DNA of 39,992 bases from assembly GCA_044355525.1 (NCBI GenBank), contig JBIKXZ010000001.1, forward strand, positions 1-39,992, written 5' to 3'. Below are positions 16,837 to 26,063 of the stretch, one piece after another. The notes beneath the pieces were generated by a model. That model saw nothing but the letters and a program-made list of their open reading frames with translations, was not told the origin of the DNA and ran no database searches. The translations under genes were made by a program, and so were the position numbers. Numbering within the stretch: position 1 is the stretch's first letter; every line of letters begins with the position of its first letter. Source of the DNA: Chthoniobacterales bacterium. GTDB taxonomy: Bacteria > Verrucomicrobiota > Verrucomicrobiia > Chthoniobacterales > JACTMZ01.

Positions 16837-19800
16837 TTACTGCTGTTGCACTTCCAGTCGCAGGAACTTGCGCGTCTCGCCCGGCAAAACCGGCGCCGAG
16901 GCCCGTCGCGTTTCGTAATCGCCATGGTCGGTCACCAAAACGTCGGTAACCGCCTCACCGGACCATGCGGGGTCGGACAGATTGGTCTTCCATTTCATTG
17001 CCCCGACCACGCCCTGTGTTGATTTGCTGCGGCGATATTCCATGCTGACTTCGCCCGGCGTCACATCGCCCGGTGTCGTTACGTCCACAGGCATAGCAAC
17101 CGCCGAAGACCCATCCGCCGGGCTCAGACCCATGAAATATTCGACAACGTTGGCCAAGCCATCGCCGTCCGGATCTGCGCCCGGTGCAGGATCAGGAATA
17201 CCGGGGTAGTTGCCTAGCCATTCGGAGAATGTCGGGGTGGAGCCGCTCGTAATCGTGAGAACAAAGGACTGCGTGGCGGTTTCGCCCAGCGAATTGTAGC
17301 ACTCGAGCACAATGTTGTAGGTGCCCGCTTGCGTCGCCGTTCCACTAAGCAGACCCGTTGCCGAATTGAGCGCCAGACCGGGAGGCATTTGGTGTCCGGC
17401 ACCCGTGCGGTAGAGGTTTCCCTGGCCGAAGGTTCCGGCGCGCAAGTTGGCCACGAACGCACTGTTCGCCGGGTTATTCCCCTTGCCCGGCGTCACGCCA
17501 TCGAAGGACGGCTCGTCGTCGGTGACTGTCAACTGCACTGCGCCATTCGTGTAGCCGGTGGCCGTCGCGGTGATCGTCACTATTTTGGTGCCGTCGGACA
17601 AAGCGTTATTCACCGCAGAAATGGAGAACGAAGCACTGGTCTGCCCCGCCGGAATCGTGAGGCTGGCTGGCACGGAGGCAGCGTTGGTGTTCGACGATGC
17701 GAGTGCCACGATGAGGTCGGTCGGCGCCGGAGAGGAGACATTCACAGAGCCGACGGAAGCATTGGGACCCGAGTTCTCGCTAAAGACAGCGGGAGCTGCA
17801 CTTACCGAGAGCGCTTGCGCTCCTGACCCTGCAGCCAAAACAACTTTGTCCAACTGCATGTTGCCGGCGGTTTTGGTCTGGTAGAGAAAACGAACATAAC
17901 GAGACGTCGAGGGCACAGTGTCGGTGTAAGGCGTATCGGTGTTGTTCTTGTCGATGATGGTGCGGTGGGTTGCGAAATTCACTCCATCCGCCGAATTTTG
18001 TACGAGGAACGTGCCCTGCGTGGAGGTTCCAGAGCCGGGATTGCCTCGCAGATTATAGGTCAGCGCACCGGGTGCTGCAGAAAATTGAATAGTGAGACTG
18101 TCACCCGTCGTGTCGAACTTGGCGGAACTGCCGCCTGTGTCGCCTCCCAAGTCAGTAGTGTAAGGACTTCCCAGGCCGCTCCCCGTGAAGCCCAACGGCA
18201 AGGTCCCCCACGGACCCCCGAATGCCAGGGGTAGGCTTGCCACCTTGGTCGAGGCACGCACACCTCGCGCCGTTGAGGCTGTGGTTACGAACCAGTTGGC
18301 GCGATCCGCGATGCCATCTTCCGTGTCTCCAATGTAATACGCAGCGCGTCCCGACGTCACCGAGCCAATGTTGGGCGTCGCCGTGGAATTGTTACCGTAG
18401 GCAACTTGGGCAACCGTGAAGTTGTCTGCGTCGTTGACGAAAATCGCGTCACCACTGTTGCCCAGAGCCGGCCAAAAAGTCGTTTGGTCGAAATAAGTCG
18501 CATTGAGCGAGGAAATAACCATGCGGCCGTCATCGAGGGGATTCGTATCTTCGGCGGGTACCAACGGGTCTTTGCTGGCCCCGCTGTAGATGACAATAAC
18601 CGTTCCCGCCGGGATGTTGTCCCAGATCGGATCGTCCAAAAAGAGCAGGTAGTTGCCGCTCGCGTCCTCGATGTCATAAAAGGCCAGACTGGTATCCTGC
18701 AAGGTCAGCAACTCGATCCACTCTCCGCCATTCGAGCCTTGGCTGAATTCGTTGATGATCACCGGCCGCGTGAAGGTCGTGCTCACCGCGGGCACATAAA
18801 TCGCAGGTTGGAACGAGTAGGATGAACCGAGAGTTCCCGCGCTGACCGGACGATTCCCGACGCTGACCGGCGCCGTGAAGAACGGCTCGCCCGTGGAATT
18901 GCCGTCGCTGGCCCGGACCGCGCAACGCCACAGCTTCGCCGCGTTGGCGGGACTTGCCGCGAGCATCGAGGAGGCGCCTCCGGCATCGGTCCACGCCGTT
19001 CCATTCAGACTCGACTGCCACTGGTAGGACAGGGTTATCGGTGAGTTCTCGGGATCGCTGGCCACCACACCGCCGACCTGGAGCGGCGCATCACTGTAGG
19101 CATTGACGGACGGCGTGACCTGCGCGGCAGCAACAGTCGGAGCTTGGTTTCGCACCTCGACCGTCACCGAAGCACTGGTCGAACTCGCCCCCTCGCTGTC
19201 GGTCGCGCGCGCGGCAACGGTGTAAGTGCCGATGGCGGGAAGCCAGACGAAGTTGTAAGGCGCCGTGGTGTCGGTATTCACGACTGTGCCATTGGCAAGA
19301 AACTGCACGCTGGCCACGGAACCCGTGCCGCCCGCTGCTGTGCTGTCGGTGGCGGTGGCAGCCAGATCAACCGAAGCACCCGGCGAAACAACAAGGTCGC
19401 CCGACGGTGATGTCAGGGTGACGACCGGAGGCGGATTCACCGGGGCAGTCGAGGATCCGTAGACCTCCATGGTGGCGGAGGTGAGGGTTCCGCCGGTGGC
19501 ATTGCCCGTGCCGCTTTCGTCAGTGATTTTCAGACGCCATGTCCCGGCCGCGTTTTCGCCCCAGTTCCGCACGGTCATGAAAGTCCAGTTGGGAAAATTG
19601 TCGCCCGAGTCGGCGTGAACCTCGGCCAGTCGGCTGACCGTCCCGGAGGGAGATGTCAGCGTGATCTTCAGATTTCCTCGGGCCGTGTGGTTGATGTTGA
19701 CCGTGACGGTCACATGCTCGACCCGCAAATTGTCCTGCGCGGGGACGACGAGTTCGCGCGTGATGCCCGTCGTATTCAGGTTGGGAATGGCCACGCTGAG

Positions 19801-21678
19801 ACCGGTCTGGGCCACGGTGCGTTTGAGTTGTGCCGAGAGATTTGTCCATCCGGTCGCGAGGGTGACCGCTGCGGACGCATCGACGAGGCCGGCACCGAAT
19901 TTGTGGTTGTGGTTGATGTTGGCCGGTGCGACCAGCGTTTTCCAATCGCTGTCGGAAGGATTCACCTTCTTGGCCGAGCGCATAAGGATCTCCTGAACAT
20001 CGCGCCATCCGAGGTTCGGGTTGGCCTCGAGCATCAGCGCAACAACGCCGGCGGCCGTCGGAGTGGCCGAGGATGTTCCGCCGAAGTCGCTCTCGTAATC
20101 GCCGGCCACATAACCATCTGCTCCGGTCCGGTCCGTCGTCGTCTTGCCAAGCGCCGGGGCATCTCCGCTCGAGGGAGATGTAATAACGAGGTTGGCCCCC
20201 GGTTCACTATACCATGCTTGACGCGACTGGCTGTCGAACGCGCCGACCGCGATGGTGTAAATGGAGTTGGCATAACCGTCGTAATTGGAGTTGTCGTTGG
20301 CATCGAGGCCGTTGCCCCCAGCCCACATAAAGATCGTGCCTTTGTTGCCGCGGCCAGTTTCTGCCGCATTCCGCAAGGCCGCTTTGGTCAGCGGACCCGG
20401 CGCCTTGAGAAGCATCCCGGTGTCGTTTGGTCCCCAGCTGTTGCTTTTGATCTGGATCAGTTGCGGGAGATAATTCATCGCATCCGCCTCCTGCTGATCG
20501 CTGGTTCCTGCAGCAATCAAACGCATGCCGACAATAGTGGCCTCGGGAGCAGAGCCGGACACACCAATGGTGTTGTTGCCGCGTGCCGCCGCGTCCCCCG
20601 CGCACGCCGTGCCGTGATCATCCCCCGCCCCCGGATTCGGATCGTTCGGGGTGGAGTCGTTCCAGTCGTAGTCGTTAGTCGTATCGATGTTTCCCACGAA
20701 GTCCGGATGCGACGTCTGCACTCCGTCATCGACGATGCCTATGCGTATACCGCGCCCGCGCCGGCCGGCTCCGGCCGTGGGGTAGGCCCAGACATTTTCT
20801 ATGTTGAGATCCGTGCCGGCGACCGCGCCCGCTTGGTTATTGAACTTGAGGTGCCATTGCTGGTTGATCAGCGCGTCATTGGGCATGGCTTTCTTGGCCT
20901 GTTGCCGCGCCAACTGAGCTTCGGCAAGCAGGATGCCGGGTTGGCCGGACAGTTTTTCGGCCGCACGCAGCGAAGCCAATCCGGCACCCGTTCGCAGAAC
21001 CGCGTAGCCGGGCGCATAGTCCGGCAACTCGTAAGAAGATGCGCCGGCGAGTCTCGCCACCACGGAAGGATCGGTGCTCTGCAAAAGCTGCACTGTGACA
21101 AGAGGCGTGACGACGCGCCGCGTGAATTCGTTCCGCTCGACCCCCTGTTCGTAAAGCACGGCTTGGGCAGGTTGACCGCCGGCCGAAGAAGCAAGAACGA
21201 TTTGGTCAAGTTGCTCGGGACTGGCTGCATCGACGCCAACCACGCGACCTTTTCCATCCGGATCGGTGACCCAGATTTCGTCAAGCGCGAGAACAAAATT
21301 CCGCGGATGGCCGGCATCGACAACGGCGTAATCGGCTTCGGTTTGCTTGAACTGCTGGGCCGGTCCCGCTGCGGGCGCTGTTCCCTTCTTTTTCGGCGAA
21401 CCCGAGCCGCCGACACTCCGACGATTACCTGATGCGGTGGAGGCATCCACAGCAGCGCCTGAAGCAGAAACAATGTTGCCTGCATCGAGACCTGATGAAC
21501 CTTTCGTGGTGGCGTTGGCAGCACGACTGTCGGACGACGCACCCGCCGATGGTTGCGATGTCGCCTCGGCTCGGTCGCCGCTCGCGCCCGGTTGCGGGAG
21601 CGAGAGCGTCGCGATGGCGAACAAGGTGACCAGCCCGAAGATGGCAATCGTCGCGGTGAGAAACTTCCTGTTTTTCAT
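16837..21678 (-). CDS. Giant secreted kexin/furin-like (S8B) serine protease with a P-domain, Ig-like modules, a lamin-tail-like domain, a Calx-beta-like domain and the shared C-terminal module
   Basis: The signal peptide is MKNRKFLTATIAIFGLVTLFAIATL. Protease motifs: NDALINQQWHLKFNN, IGIVDDGVQTSHPDF (Asp), GDDHGTACAGDAAA (His), NSWGPND and GGTSSATPTAAGVVALM (Ser). The P-domain reads VTVNINHTARGNLKITLTSPSGT...AGTWRLKITDESG. The LTD-like segment is VIINEFSQGSNGGEWIELLT. The C-terminus is nearly identical to that of protease 1. Confidence 0.85.
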   Translation of the reverse strand: MKNRKFLTATIAIFGLVTLFAIATLSLPQPGASGDRAEATSQPSAGASSDSRAANATTKGSSGLDAGNIVSASGAAVDASTASGNRRSVGGSGSPKKKGTAPAAGPAQQFKQTEADYAVVDAGHPRNFVLALDEIWVTDPDGKGRVVGVDAASPEQLDQIVLASSAGGQPAQAVLYEQGVERNEFTRRVVTPLVTVQLLQSTDPSVVARLAGASSYELPDYAPGYAVLRTGAGLASLRAAEKLSGQPGILLAEAQLARQQAKKAMPNDALINQQWHLKFNNQAGAVAGTDLNIENVWAYPTAGAGRRGRGIRIGIVDDGVQTSHPDFVGNIDTTNDYDWNDSTPNDPNPGAGDDHGTACAGDAAARGNNTIGVSGSAPEATIVGMRLIAAGTSDQQEADAMNYLPQLIQIKSNSWGPNDTGMLLKAPGPLTKAALRNAAETGRGNKGTIFMWAGGNGLDANDNSNYDGYANSIYTIAVGAFDSQSRQAWYSEPGANLVITSPSSGDAPALGKTTTDRTGADGYVAGDYESDFGGTSSATPTAAGVVALMLEANPNLGWRDVQEILMRSAKKVNPSDSDWKTLVAPANINHNHKFGAGLVDASAAVTLATGWTNLSAQLKRTVAQTGLSVAIPNLNTTGITRELVVPAQDNLRVEHVTVTVNINHTARGNLKITLTSPSGTVSRLAEVHADSGDNFPNWTFMTVRNWGENAAGTWRLKITDESGTGNATGGTLTSATMEVYGSSTAPVNPPPVVTLTSPSGDLVVSPGASVDLAATATDSTAAGGTGSVASVQFLANGTVVNTDTTAPYNFVWLPAIGTYTVAARATDSEGASSTSASVTVEVRNQAPTVAAAQVTPSVNAYSDAPLQVGGVVASDPENSPITLSYQWQSSLNGTAWTDAGGASSMLAASPANAAKLWRCAVRASDGNSTGEPFFTAPVSVGNRPVSAGTLGSSYSFQPAIYVPAVSTTFTRPVIINEFSQGSNGGEWIELLTLQDTSLAFYDIEDASGNYLLFLDDPIWDNIPAGTVIVIYSGASKDPLVPAEDTNPLDDGRMVISSLNATYFDQTTFWPALGNSGDAIFVNDADNFTVAQVAYGNNSTATPNIGSVTSGRAAYYIGDTEDGIADRANWFVTTASTARGVRASTKVASLPLAFGGPWGTLPLGFTGSGLGSPYTTDLGGDTGGSSAKFDTTGDSLTIQFSAAPGALTYNLRGNPGSGTSTQGTFLVQNSADGVNFATHRTIIDKNNTDTPYTDTVPSTSRYVRFLYQTKTAGNMQLDKVVLAAGSGAQALSVSAAPAVFSENSGPNASVGSVNVSSPAPTDLIVALASSNTNAASVPASLTIPAGQTSASFSISAVNNALSDGTKIVTITATATGYTNGAVQLTVTDDEPSFDGVTPGKGNNPANSAFVANLRAGTFGQGNLYRTGAGHQMPPGLALNSATGLLSGTATQAGTYNIVLECYNSLGETATQSFVLTITSGSTPTFSEWLGNYPGIPDPAPGADPDGDGLANVVEYFMGLSPADGSSAVAMPVDVTTPGDVTPGEVSMEYRRSKSTQGVVGAMKWKTNLSDPAWSGEAVTDVLVTDHGDYETRRASAPVLPGETRKFLRLEVQQQ
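17024..17186 (-). repeat. Copy B of the 163-nt near-identical tract shared by the two protease genes
   Basis: See 11516..11678. It encodes PGADPDGDGLANVVEYFMGLSPADGSSAVAMPVDVTTPGDVTPGEVS, which is identical in both proteins. Confidence 0.85.
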
Positions 21679-21718
21679 TTGCTAAGGCAGAAAGGGGGGG
21701 GAGCCCAGATTAAATTAG

Positions 21719-21787
21719 ACCATACAACGGTTCGATCGTTCGGCAATCGGTAACCGCTGTCGACCTTGTCACAAGTCCGTCACAGGA
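21719..21787 (-). promoter_or_regulatory. Candidate promoter and upstream operator of protease 2
   Basis: On the - strand: TCCTGTGACGGACTTGTGACA (21787-21767), then 20 nt, TTGCCG (21746-21741), 16 nt, and TATGGT (21724-21719). The 21-nt motif matches the protease 1 motif at 18/21 positions and sits ~90 nt upstream of the ATG in both cases. Confidence 0.45.
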
Positions 21788-21795
21788 ATACGCGA

Positions 21796-23376
21796 TCAAT
21801 CGATCATTTCGTAAGCCGGCAGGGTGAGGAATTCCGCGAAGTCCTCGCTCTTGGACATTTTGGTGAAAAGCTCCGCCGCCTCGCGGTAATGACCGCCGGC
21901 AAAGCGCTCGGCCCCGACTTCCTCTTCGATCTTGGCCATCACCTGCGGCAGAAGTTCGTCATAAAGCGCCGGGGTGATCACGCGACCGTCATCGAGCTTC
22001 GCGCCGTGGCGCATCCACTGCCACAATTGCGTGCGCGAGATTTCCGCGGTGGCGGCATCTTCCATCAAATTGTAAAGCGGCACGCAACCGTTGCCGCCGA
22101 GCCAAGCGGCCAGATATTGGATGCCGACGCTCATGTTGCCGCGCACGCCCGCCTCGGTAATCGTGCCGGCAGGAACCGCGACCAGCTCCGCGGCCGTGAC
22201 TTTGACATCGTCACGCTGGCGGAAAATCTGGTTAGGCGTCGGCATGTGTTTGTCGAAGGCCTGCAGCGCGATCGGCACAAGACCCGGGTGCGCCACCCAA
22301 GTTCCATCGTGACCATCGGTCGCCTCGCGCTCTTTGTCGGCCAGCACTTTGGCGATGGCCGCGTCATTGGCCGCCGGGTCGTTTTTGATCGGGATCTGCG
22401 CCGCCATCCCACCCATGGCGTGTGCGCCGCGGCGGTGGCAGTTCTTGATGACCTCCAAACAATACGCACGCATGAACGGCACGGTCATGGTGACCTGCGC
22501 CCTCTCGGGCATGACGAACCCCGGCCGGTTCCGGAATTTTTTGATGAAGCTGAAAATGTAATCCCACCGTCCGCAATTCAGCCCCGCCGAATGATCCTTC
22601 AACTCGTAAAGGATTTCATCGGTCTCGAAGGCCGCGAGGATCGTCTCGATCAGCACGGTCGCCTTGATCGAGCCGCGCGGGACTCCCAGCGCGTCCTGCG
22701 CGTGCTCGAACACACGGTTCCACAACCGCGCCTCGAGGTGGCTCTCCATCTTCGGGAGGTAAATATACGGCCCCGTCCCCCGCGCCAACGCCTCCTTGGC
22801 GTTGTGGAAGAAATGCAGTCCGAAGTCGAACAAGCCGCCACTCATCCGCTCGCCGTCCACCAGGAAATGTTTTTCGTCGAGATGCCATCCGCGGGGACGC
22901 ACCAGCAAGGTGGCCGTTTTGTCGTTCAGTTTGTAGCTCTTGCCCCCGCCTTCGAACGTGATGGTGCGGCGGACGGCGTCCATCATGTTGAGCTGTCCGG
23001 CGATCATGTTGGCCCAAGTGGGCGAGGAGGCATCCTCGAAGTCCGCCATGAAAACTTTCGCGCCGGAATTGAGCGCGTTGATCACCATCTTGCGGTCCAC
23101 CGGGCCCGTGATTTCCGTCCGGCGGTCCTGCAAATCGGCCGGCACCGGCGCAACTTTCCACGAGTGGTCCGCGCGGATGTGCGCCGTCTCGCTGAGAAAG
23201 TCGGGCATTTCCCCGGCGTCGATGCGCTTTTGCCGTTCGACGCGCGCGGCGAGCAGGCGCTTGCGCTCGCCGTTGAATTCGCGGTGCAAGCCCGCGAGAA
23301 ATTCCATCGCCTCCGGCGTGAGCACACGCTCCTGCCCGGGTTGCGGTTGACCTTTGATTTCGATGCCTTTGTTCAT
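21796..23376 (-). CDS. aceB: Malate synthase A
   Basis: 526 aa. The sequence [38 protein letters not shown], with [13 protein letters not shown] and [12 protein letters not shown], is characteristic of malate synthase A. Confidence 0.9.
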   Translation of the reverse strand: MNKGIEIKGQPQPGQERVLTPEAMEFLAGLHREFNGERKRLLAARVERQKRIDAGEMPDFLSETAHIRADHSWKVAPVPADLQDRRTEITGPVDRKMVINALNSGAKVFMADFEDASSPTWANMIAGQLNMMDAVRRTITFEGGGKSYKLNDKTATLLVRPRGWHLDEKHFLVDGERMSGGLFDFGLHFFHNAKEALARGTGPYIYLPKMESHLEARLWNRVFEHAQDALGVPRGSIKATVLIETILAAFETDEILYELKDHSAGLNCGRWDYIFSFIKKFRNRPGFVMPERAQVTMTVPFMRAYCLEVIKNCHRRGAHAMGGMAAQIPIKNDPAANDAAIAKVLADKEREATDGHDGTWVAHPGLVPIALQAFDKHMPTPNQIFRQRDDVKVTAAELVAVPAGTITEAGVRGNMSVGIQYLAAWLGGNGCVPLYNLMEDAATAEISRTQLWQWMRHGAKLDDGRVITPALYDELLPQVMAKIEEEVGAERFAGGHYREAAELFTKMSKSEDFAEFLTLPAYEMID

Positions 23377-23388
23377 GGTGAATTTTTA

Positions 23389-23454
23389 AACCGCAGAGAA
23401 CACAGAGATATCCGGAAATATTCCCCCTCTGTGCTCTCTGCGTCCTCTGTGGTT
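23389..23454. repeat. Second AACC...GGTT 9-mer hairpin element, lying between the allC-like stop and the aceB start
   Basis: The left arm is aaccgcaga|gaacacaga|ga. The right arm is c|tctgtgctc|tctgcgtcc|tctgtggtt. The arms pair at 17 of 20 positions. On the transcribed (-) strand it starts 1 nt after the TAA stop at 23456-23458 and ends 12 nt before the aceB ATG. Confidence 0.7.
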
Positions 23455-23455
23455 C

Positions 23456-24709
23456 TTACGGTTCATGGGAGAGCCGGGCCAGCGTGCCAGCCAACACGCG
23501 TGTGCCCGCCGCGATATGCGCGGGATCGCTGTATTCTTCGGGGCGGTGGCTGTAACCGTTTTTGCACGGGATGAAAATCATGGTGGTCGGACACACCCGC
23601 GCCATAAAAAGCGAATCGTGGTAGGCGCGGCTAACCATGCGCATCGTCGCGAGGTCGAGTTTGAGCGCAACGTCCTCCGCGATCGCGATCGTGCGCGAAT
23701 CGCCGTCGGCCGGCGGATCGGAGTTAATCTCGTCCCATTCGATCTTCACCCCGCGGCGGGCCGCGACTTCCTGCGCGGCCCCGCGCATGAGCATCAGGGC
23801 CCGGTCGCGCGTCTCCAAGCAAGTGTCACGCAGATCGATTTCCAAAAGCGCCCCACAAGGCACGCTGTTGATCGCGTTGGGGAAAATCTCCCACTTCCCG
23901 GTCGTCGCCACGGTGTCCGGACTACCCGATGCCAAGGCCGCTTTCTCCACCGCCAAAGCCAGCTCGGATGCGGCCAAGGAGGCATCGTGGCGCCCGGGCA
24001 TGAGCACCGCGCCGGCGTGTCCACCCTCGCCGGTGATGCGCACGCGATACGCGCTAGGACCCGCAATAGCCTGCACGATGCCGATAGGGATGCTTTCTTT
24101 TTCGAGCAGCGGCCCCTGCTCGATGTGCAGCTCGACGAAAGCAGCGTAGTGGTTCTCCGGCAAAGCCACCGTCTCGAGCGGTTCGGTCAGGTCGGCGCGG
24201 CGACGCAGATCTTCCAAGGACTGTCCTTCCGGATCCCGCAAAGCGCGCACTTTATCCAGCGGGATCGCCCCCGCCAGCATGCGCGAACCAAGACACCCGA
24301 TCCCGAAACGCGTCGGCTCTTCCGCGGTGAAAACGACTAACTCAATTGACCGCATCGGACGAAAGCCCGCTTCCTGCAGCGCCTCGATCGCCGACACGCC
24401 CCCCAGCACCCCGACCACGCCGTCGAATTTTCCGGCATTGGGGATCGCGTCGATGTGCGAACCCGTGGCCACCGCGGGCGCCTCCGGCGCACTGCCCTCC
24501 CAACGCGCGAACATGTTGCCCACCGCGTCGACGCGGAGGGACAAGCCCGCGTTCTGGCACAAGCCGGCCACGTAATCGCGTCCGCGCAAATCGGCGTCGG
24601 AGAAAAGCACCCGCGTCACCGCCGGCGGCGGCGCCTCGGTGATGCACGACAACTCGTCGATCCGCTGTTGCAGCAGCGCAGCGTCGATCTCGGGCAACCC
24701 GGCCGACAT
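23456..24709 (-). CDS. allC: M20-family amidohydrolase: allantoate amidohydrolase or ureidoglycolate amidohydrolase type
   Basis: VDAVGNMFARWEGS..., ATGSHIDAIPNAGKFDGVVGVLGGVSAIEAL and ELVVFTAEEPTRFG match the AllC / N-carbamoyl-amino-acid hydrolase family. The ATG at 24709 overlaps the upstream stop (TGATG). The symbol is tentative. Confidence 0.75.
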   Translation of the reverse strand: MSAGLPEIDAALLQQRIDELSCITEAPPPAVTRVLFSDADLRGRDYVAGLCQNAGLSLRVDAVGNMFARWEGSAPEAPAVATGSHIDAIPNAGKFDGVVGVLGGVSAIEALQEAGFRPMRSIELVVFTAEEPTRFGIGCLGSRMLAGAIPLDKVRALRDPEGQSLEDLRRRADLTEPLETVALPENHYAAFVELHIEQGPLLEKESIPIGIVQAIAGPSAYRVRITGEGGHAGAVLMPGRHDASLAASELALAVEKAALASGSPDTVATTGKWEIFPNAINSVPCGALLEIDLRDTCLETRDRALMLMRGAAQEVAARRGVKIEWDEINSDPPADGDSRTIAIAEDVALKLDLATMRMVSRAYHDSLFMARVCPTTMIFIPCKNGYSHRPEEYSDPAHIAAGTRVLAGTLARLSHEP

Positions 24710-25446
24710 CACCCCAGGCGCGGCGCGCGGTTCACGTCCTTGTAGTAGATGTAGCGCGCGGGCGTCTTGCCCATGGCCACAAACCATTGCGGACAATACG
24801 GCGCGAGCCACAGCGCATCGCCTTTTTGCACCGGATGCCAGTCGTCGCCGAGCTTGTAGACGCCGGCTCCCTCGAGGATGAGCATGCCGTGCTCCATGAT
24901 ATGACATTCCACGAAGGGGAGCGTCCCGCCGGGTGCGTAGGTGAAAACATTCACCGCCATGTCGAACTCCGGCCGGTCCGGCAAGAGCGCCTGCAATTGC
25001 GCGGCCGGATCGCCGAGGAACGGCTCGGACTTCACCTTCTTTTCGTCGCCGAAAAACGCCTCAGGCGCCGCCGATCCCGGCAACACCTCGTATTTCTTGG
25101 CGAAAAGCAGCACGCGCGCTCCCGCCTTGCTTGTGATCTCGAACGTCCCGCCAGCCGGAATGTAAGCAAAGCCCCCGGTCTTCAGCTCATTCCCGTTCAC
25201 CGCACAGGCGCCTTCCACCACGTAGTAAAAATGCTCGTCCGCGTGCGTATGACCCGCCCCGCGCCCGCCGGCCTCCATGACATACAAAGTCTCCGTGATC
25301 CGCGCCCCCATTCCGGCGGAAACCAGCACGAAGGGCACCGCTTTGGTCCAACCCGGTTCCACGCTCGGCACATGACTGTCCGGCGCGATGAGCGCGTAAA
25401 GCGGACGCACCACTGTCCGCGTCGTGCCGAGAGGAGTGGGAATCAT
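24709..25446 (-). CDS. allE: Bicupin (S)-ureidoglycine aminohydrolase-like protein
   Basis: The C-terminal cupin VFTYAPGGTLPFVECHIMEHGMLILEGAGVYKLGDDWHPVQKGDALWL...YIYYKDVNR closely parallels E. coli YlbA/AllE as I remember it. The ATG at 25446 (MIPTPLG) is preferred. Confidence 0.75.
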   Translation of the reverse strand: MIPTPLGTTRTVVRPLYALIAPDSHVPSVEPGWTKAVPFVLVSAGMGARITETLYVMEAGGRGAGHTHADEHFYYVVEGACAVNGNELKTGGFAYIPAGGTFEITSKAGARVLLFAKKYEVLPGSAAPEAFFGDEKKVKSEPFLGDPAAQLQALLPDRPEFDMAVNVFTYAPGGTLPFVECHIMEHGMLILEGAGVYKLGDDWHPVQKGDALWLAPYCPQWFVAMGKTPARYIYYKDVNRAPRLG

Positions 25447-25505
25447 AGGGTTGTAACAATCGCCCCCGCGGCCTGTCCCTGACGAGCACAAATCGGCGTC
25501 GGCCG

Positions 25506-26063
25506 TCAGGGCGCCACCAGTTTCCGCACCGACGGCCAATCCAGTGCGGACCGGTCCTTCTCGGAAAGCACCGGCACCTCGCCGGCACCAAGCGGCCACG
25601 TGATGCCGATATCCGGATCATTCCACGCCAAGGCATGCGCGGCCTCCGGGTCCCACGGCGCGGTGACTTTATAAAGATAGATGACGCGCTCGCTCAGCGC
25701 CAAAAATCCGTGGGCAAATCCCGGTGGCAGCCAGAGGCTGCGGTTTTCTTCGGACTTGAGCACGAATCCCTGCCACCGCCCGAAGGTCGGCGACTCCGGA
25801 CGCAAATCGACGGCCGCTTCGTAGACCTCCCCGTCGATCACGGTCAACAACTTGCCCTGCGGTTGCCGGCTTTGAAAATGCATCCCGCGCAACGTGCCCC
25901 GCCGCGTCTTGATCAGATTGTCCTGCACGAAATCGGCCGTTACGCCGGAGGCGGACATCTCGTCGCGATTCCAAACCACCTCGTAAGTGCCCCTGCCGTC
26001 GGCATGCACCGCGCGCGACAGAAGCAGCATGCCTTCGAGGTGCACGGTCTGGTCAATGATCAC
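25506..26063 (-). CDS. rmlC: dTDP-4-dehydrorhamnose 3,5-epimerase-like cupin
   Basis: ADGRGTYEVVW, RGMHFQ, QGKLLTVIDGEVYEAAVDLR, PPGFAHGF and YLYKVTAPWDPE form the RmlC pattern. The start is set at GTG 26063, so that the conserved N-terminal strand IIDQTVHLEGMLLL is included. This gives a GTGA overlap with the vapC stop. Confidence 0.75.
   Translation of the reverse strand: MIIDQTVHLEGMLLLSRAVHADGRGTYEVVWNRDEMSASGVTADFVQDNLIKTRRGTLRGMHFQSRQPQGKLLTVIDGEVYEAAVDLRPESPTFGRWQGFVLKSEENRSLWLPPGFAHGFLALSERVIYLYKVTAPWDPEAAHALAWNDPDIGITWPLGAGEVPVLSEKDRSALDWPSVRKLVAP

Noticed and set aside
14152-21432. Large + strand ORFs (14152..15438, 19615..21432 and others) inside the two protease genes
   Set aside because: They lie antisense to ORFs that have complete S8 catalytic triads and P-domains. 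Their translations are Arg/Gly-rich with no motifs.
21766-23574. 602-aa + strand ORF across aceB
   Set aside because: It lies antisense to an unmistakable malate synthase A, so it is a shadow ORF.
25477-25511. 8-bp stem (ccctgacg ... cgtcaggg) with a 19-nt loop at the end of rmlC
   Set aside because: There is no U-tract, the loop is long and the stem overlaps the stop codon. The evidence is too weak to call a terminator.
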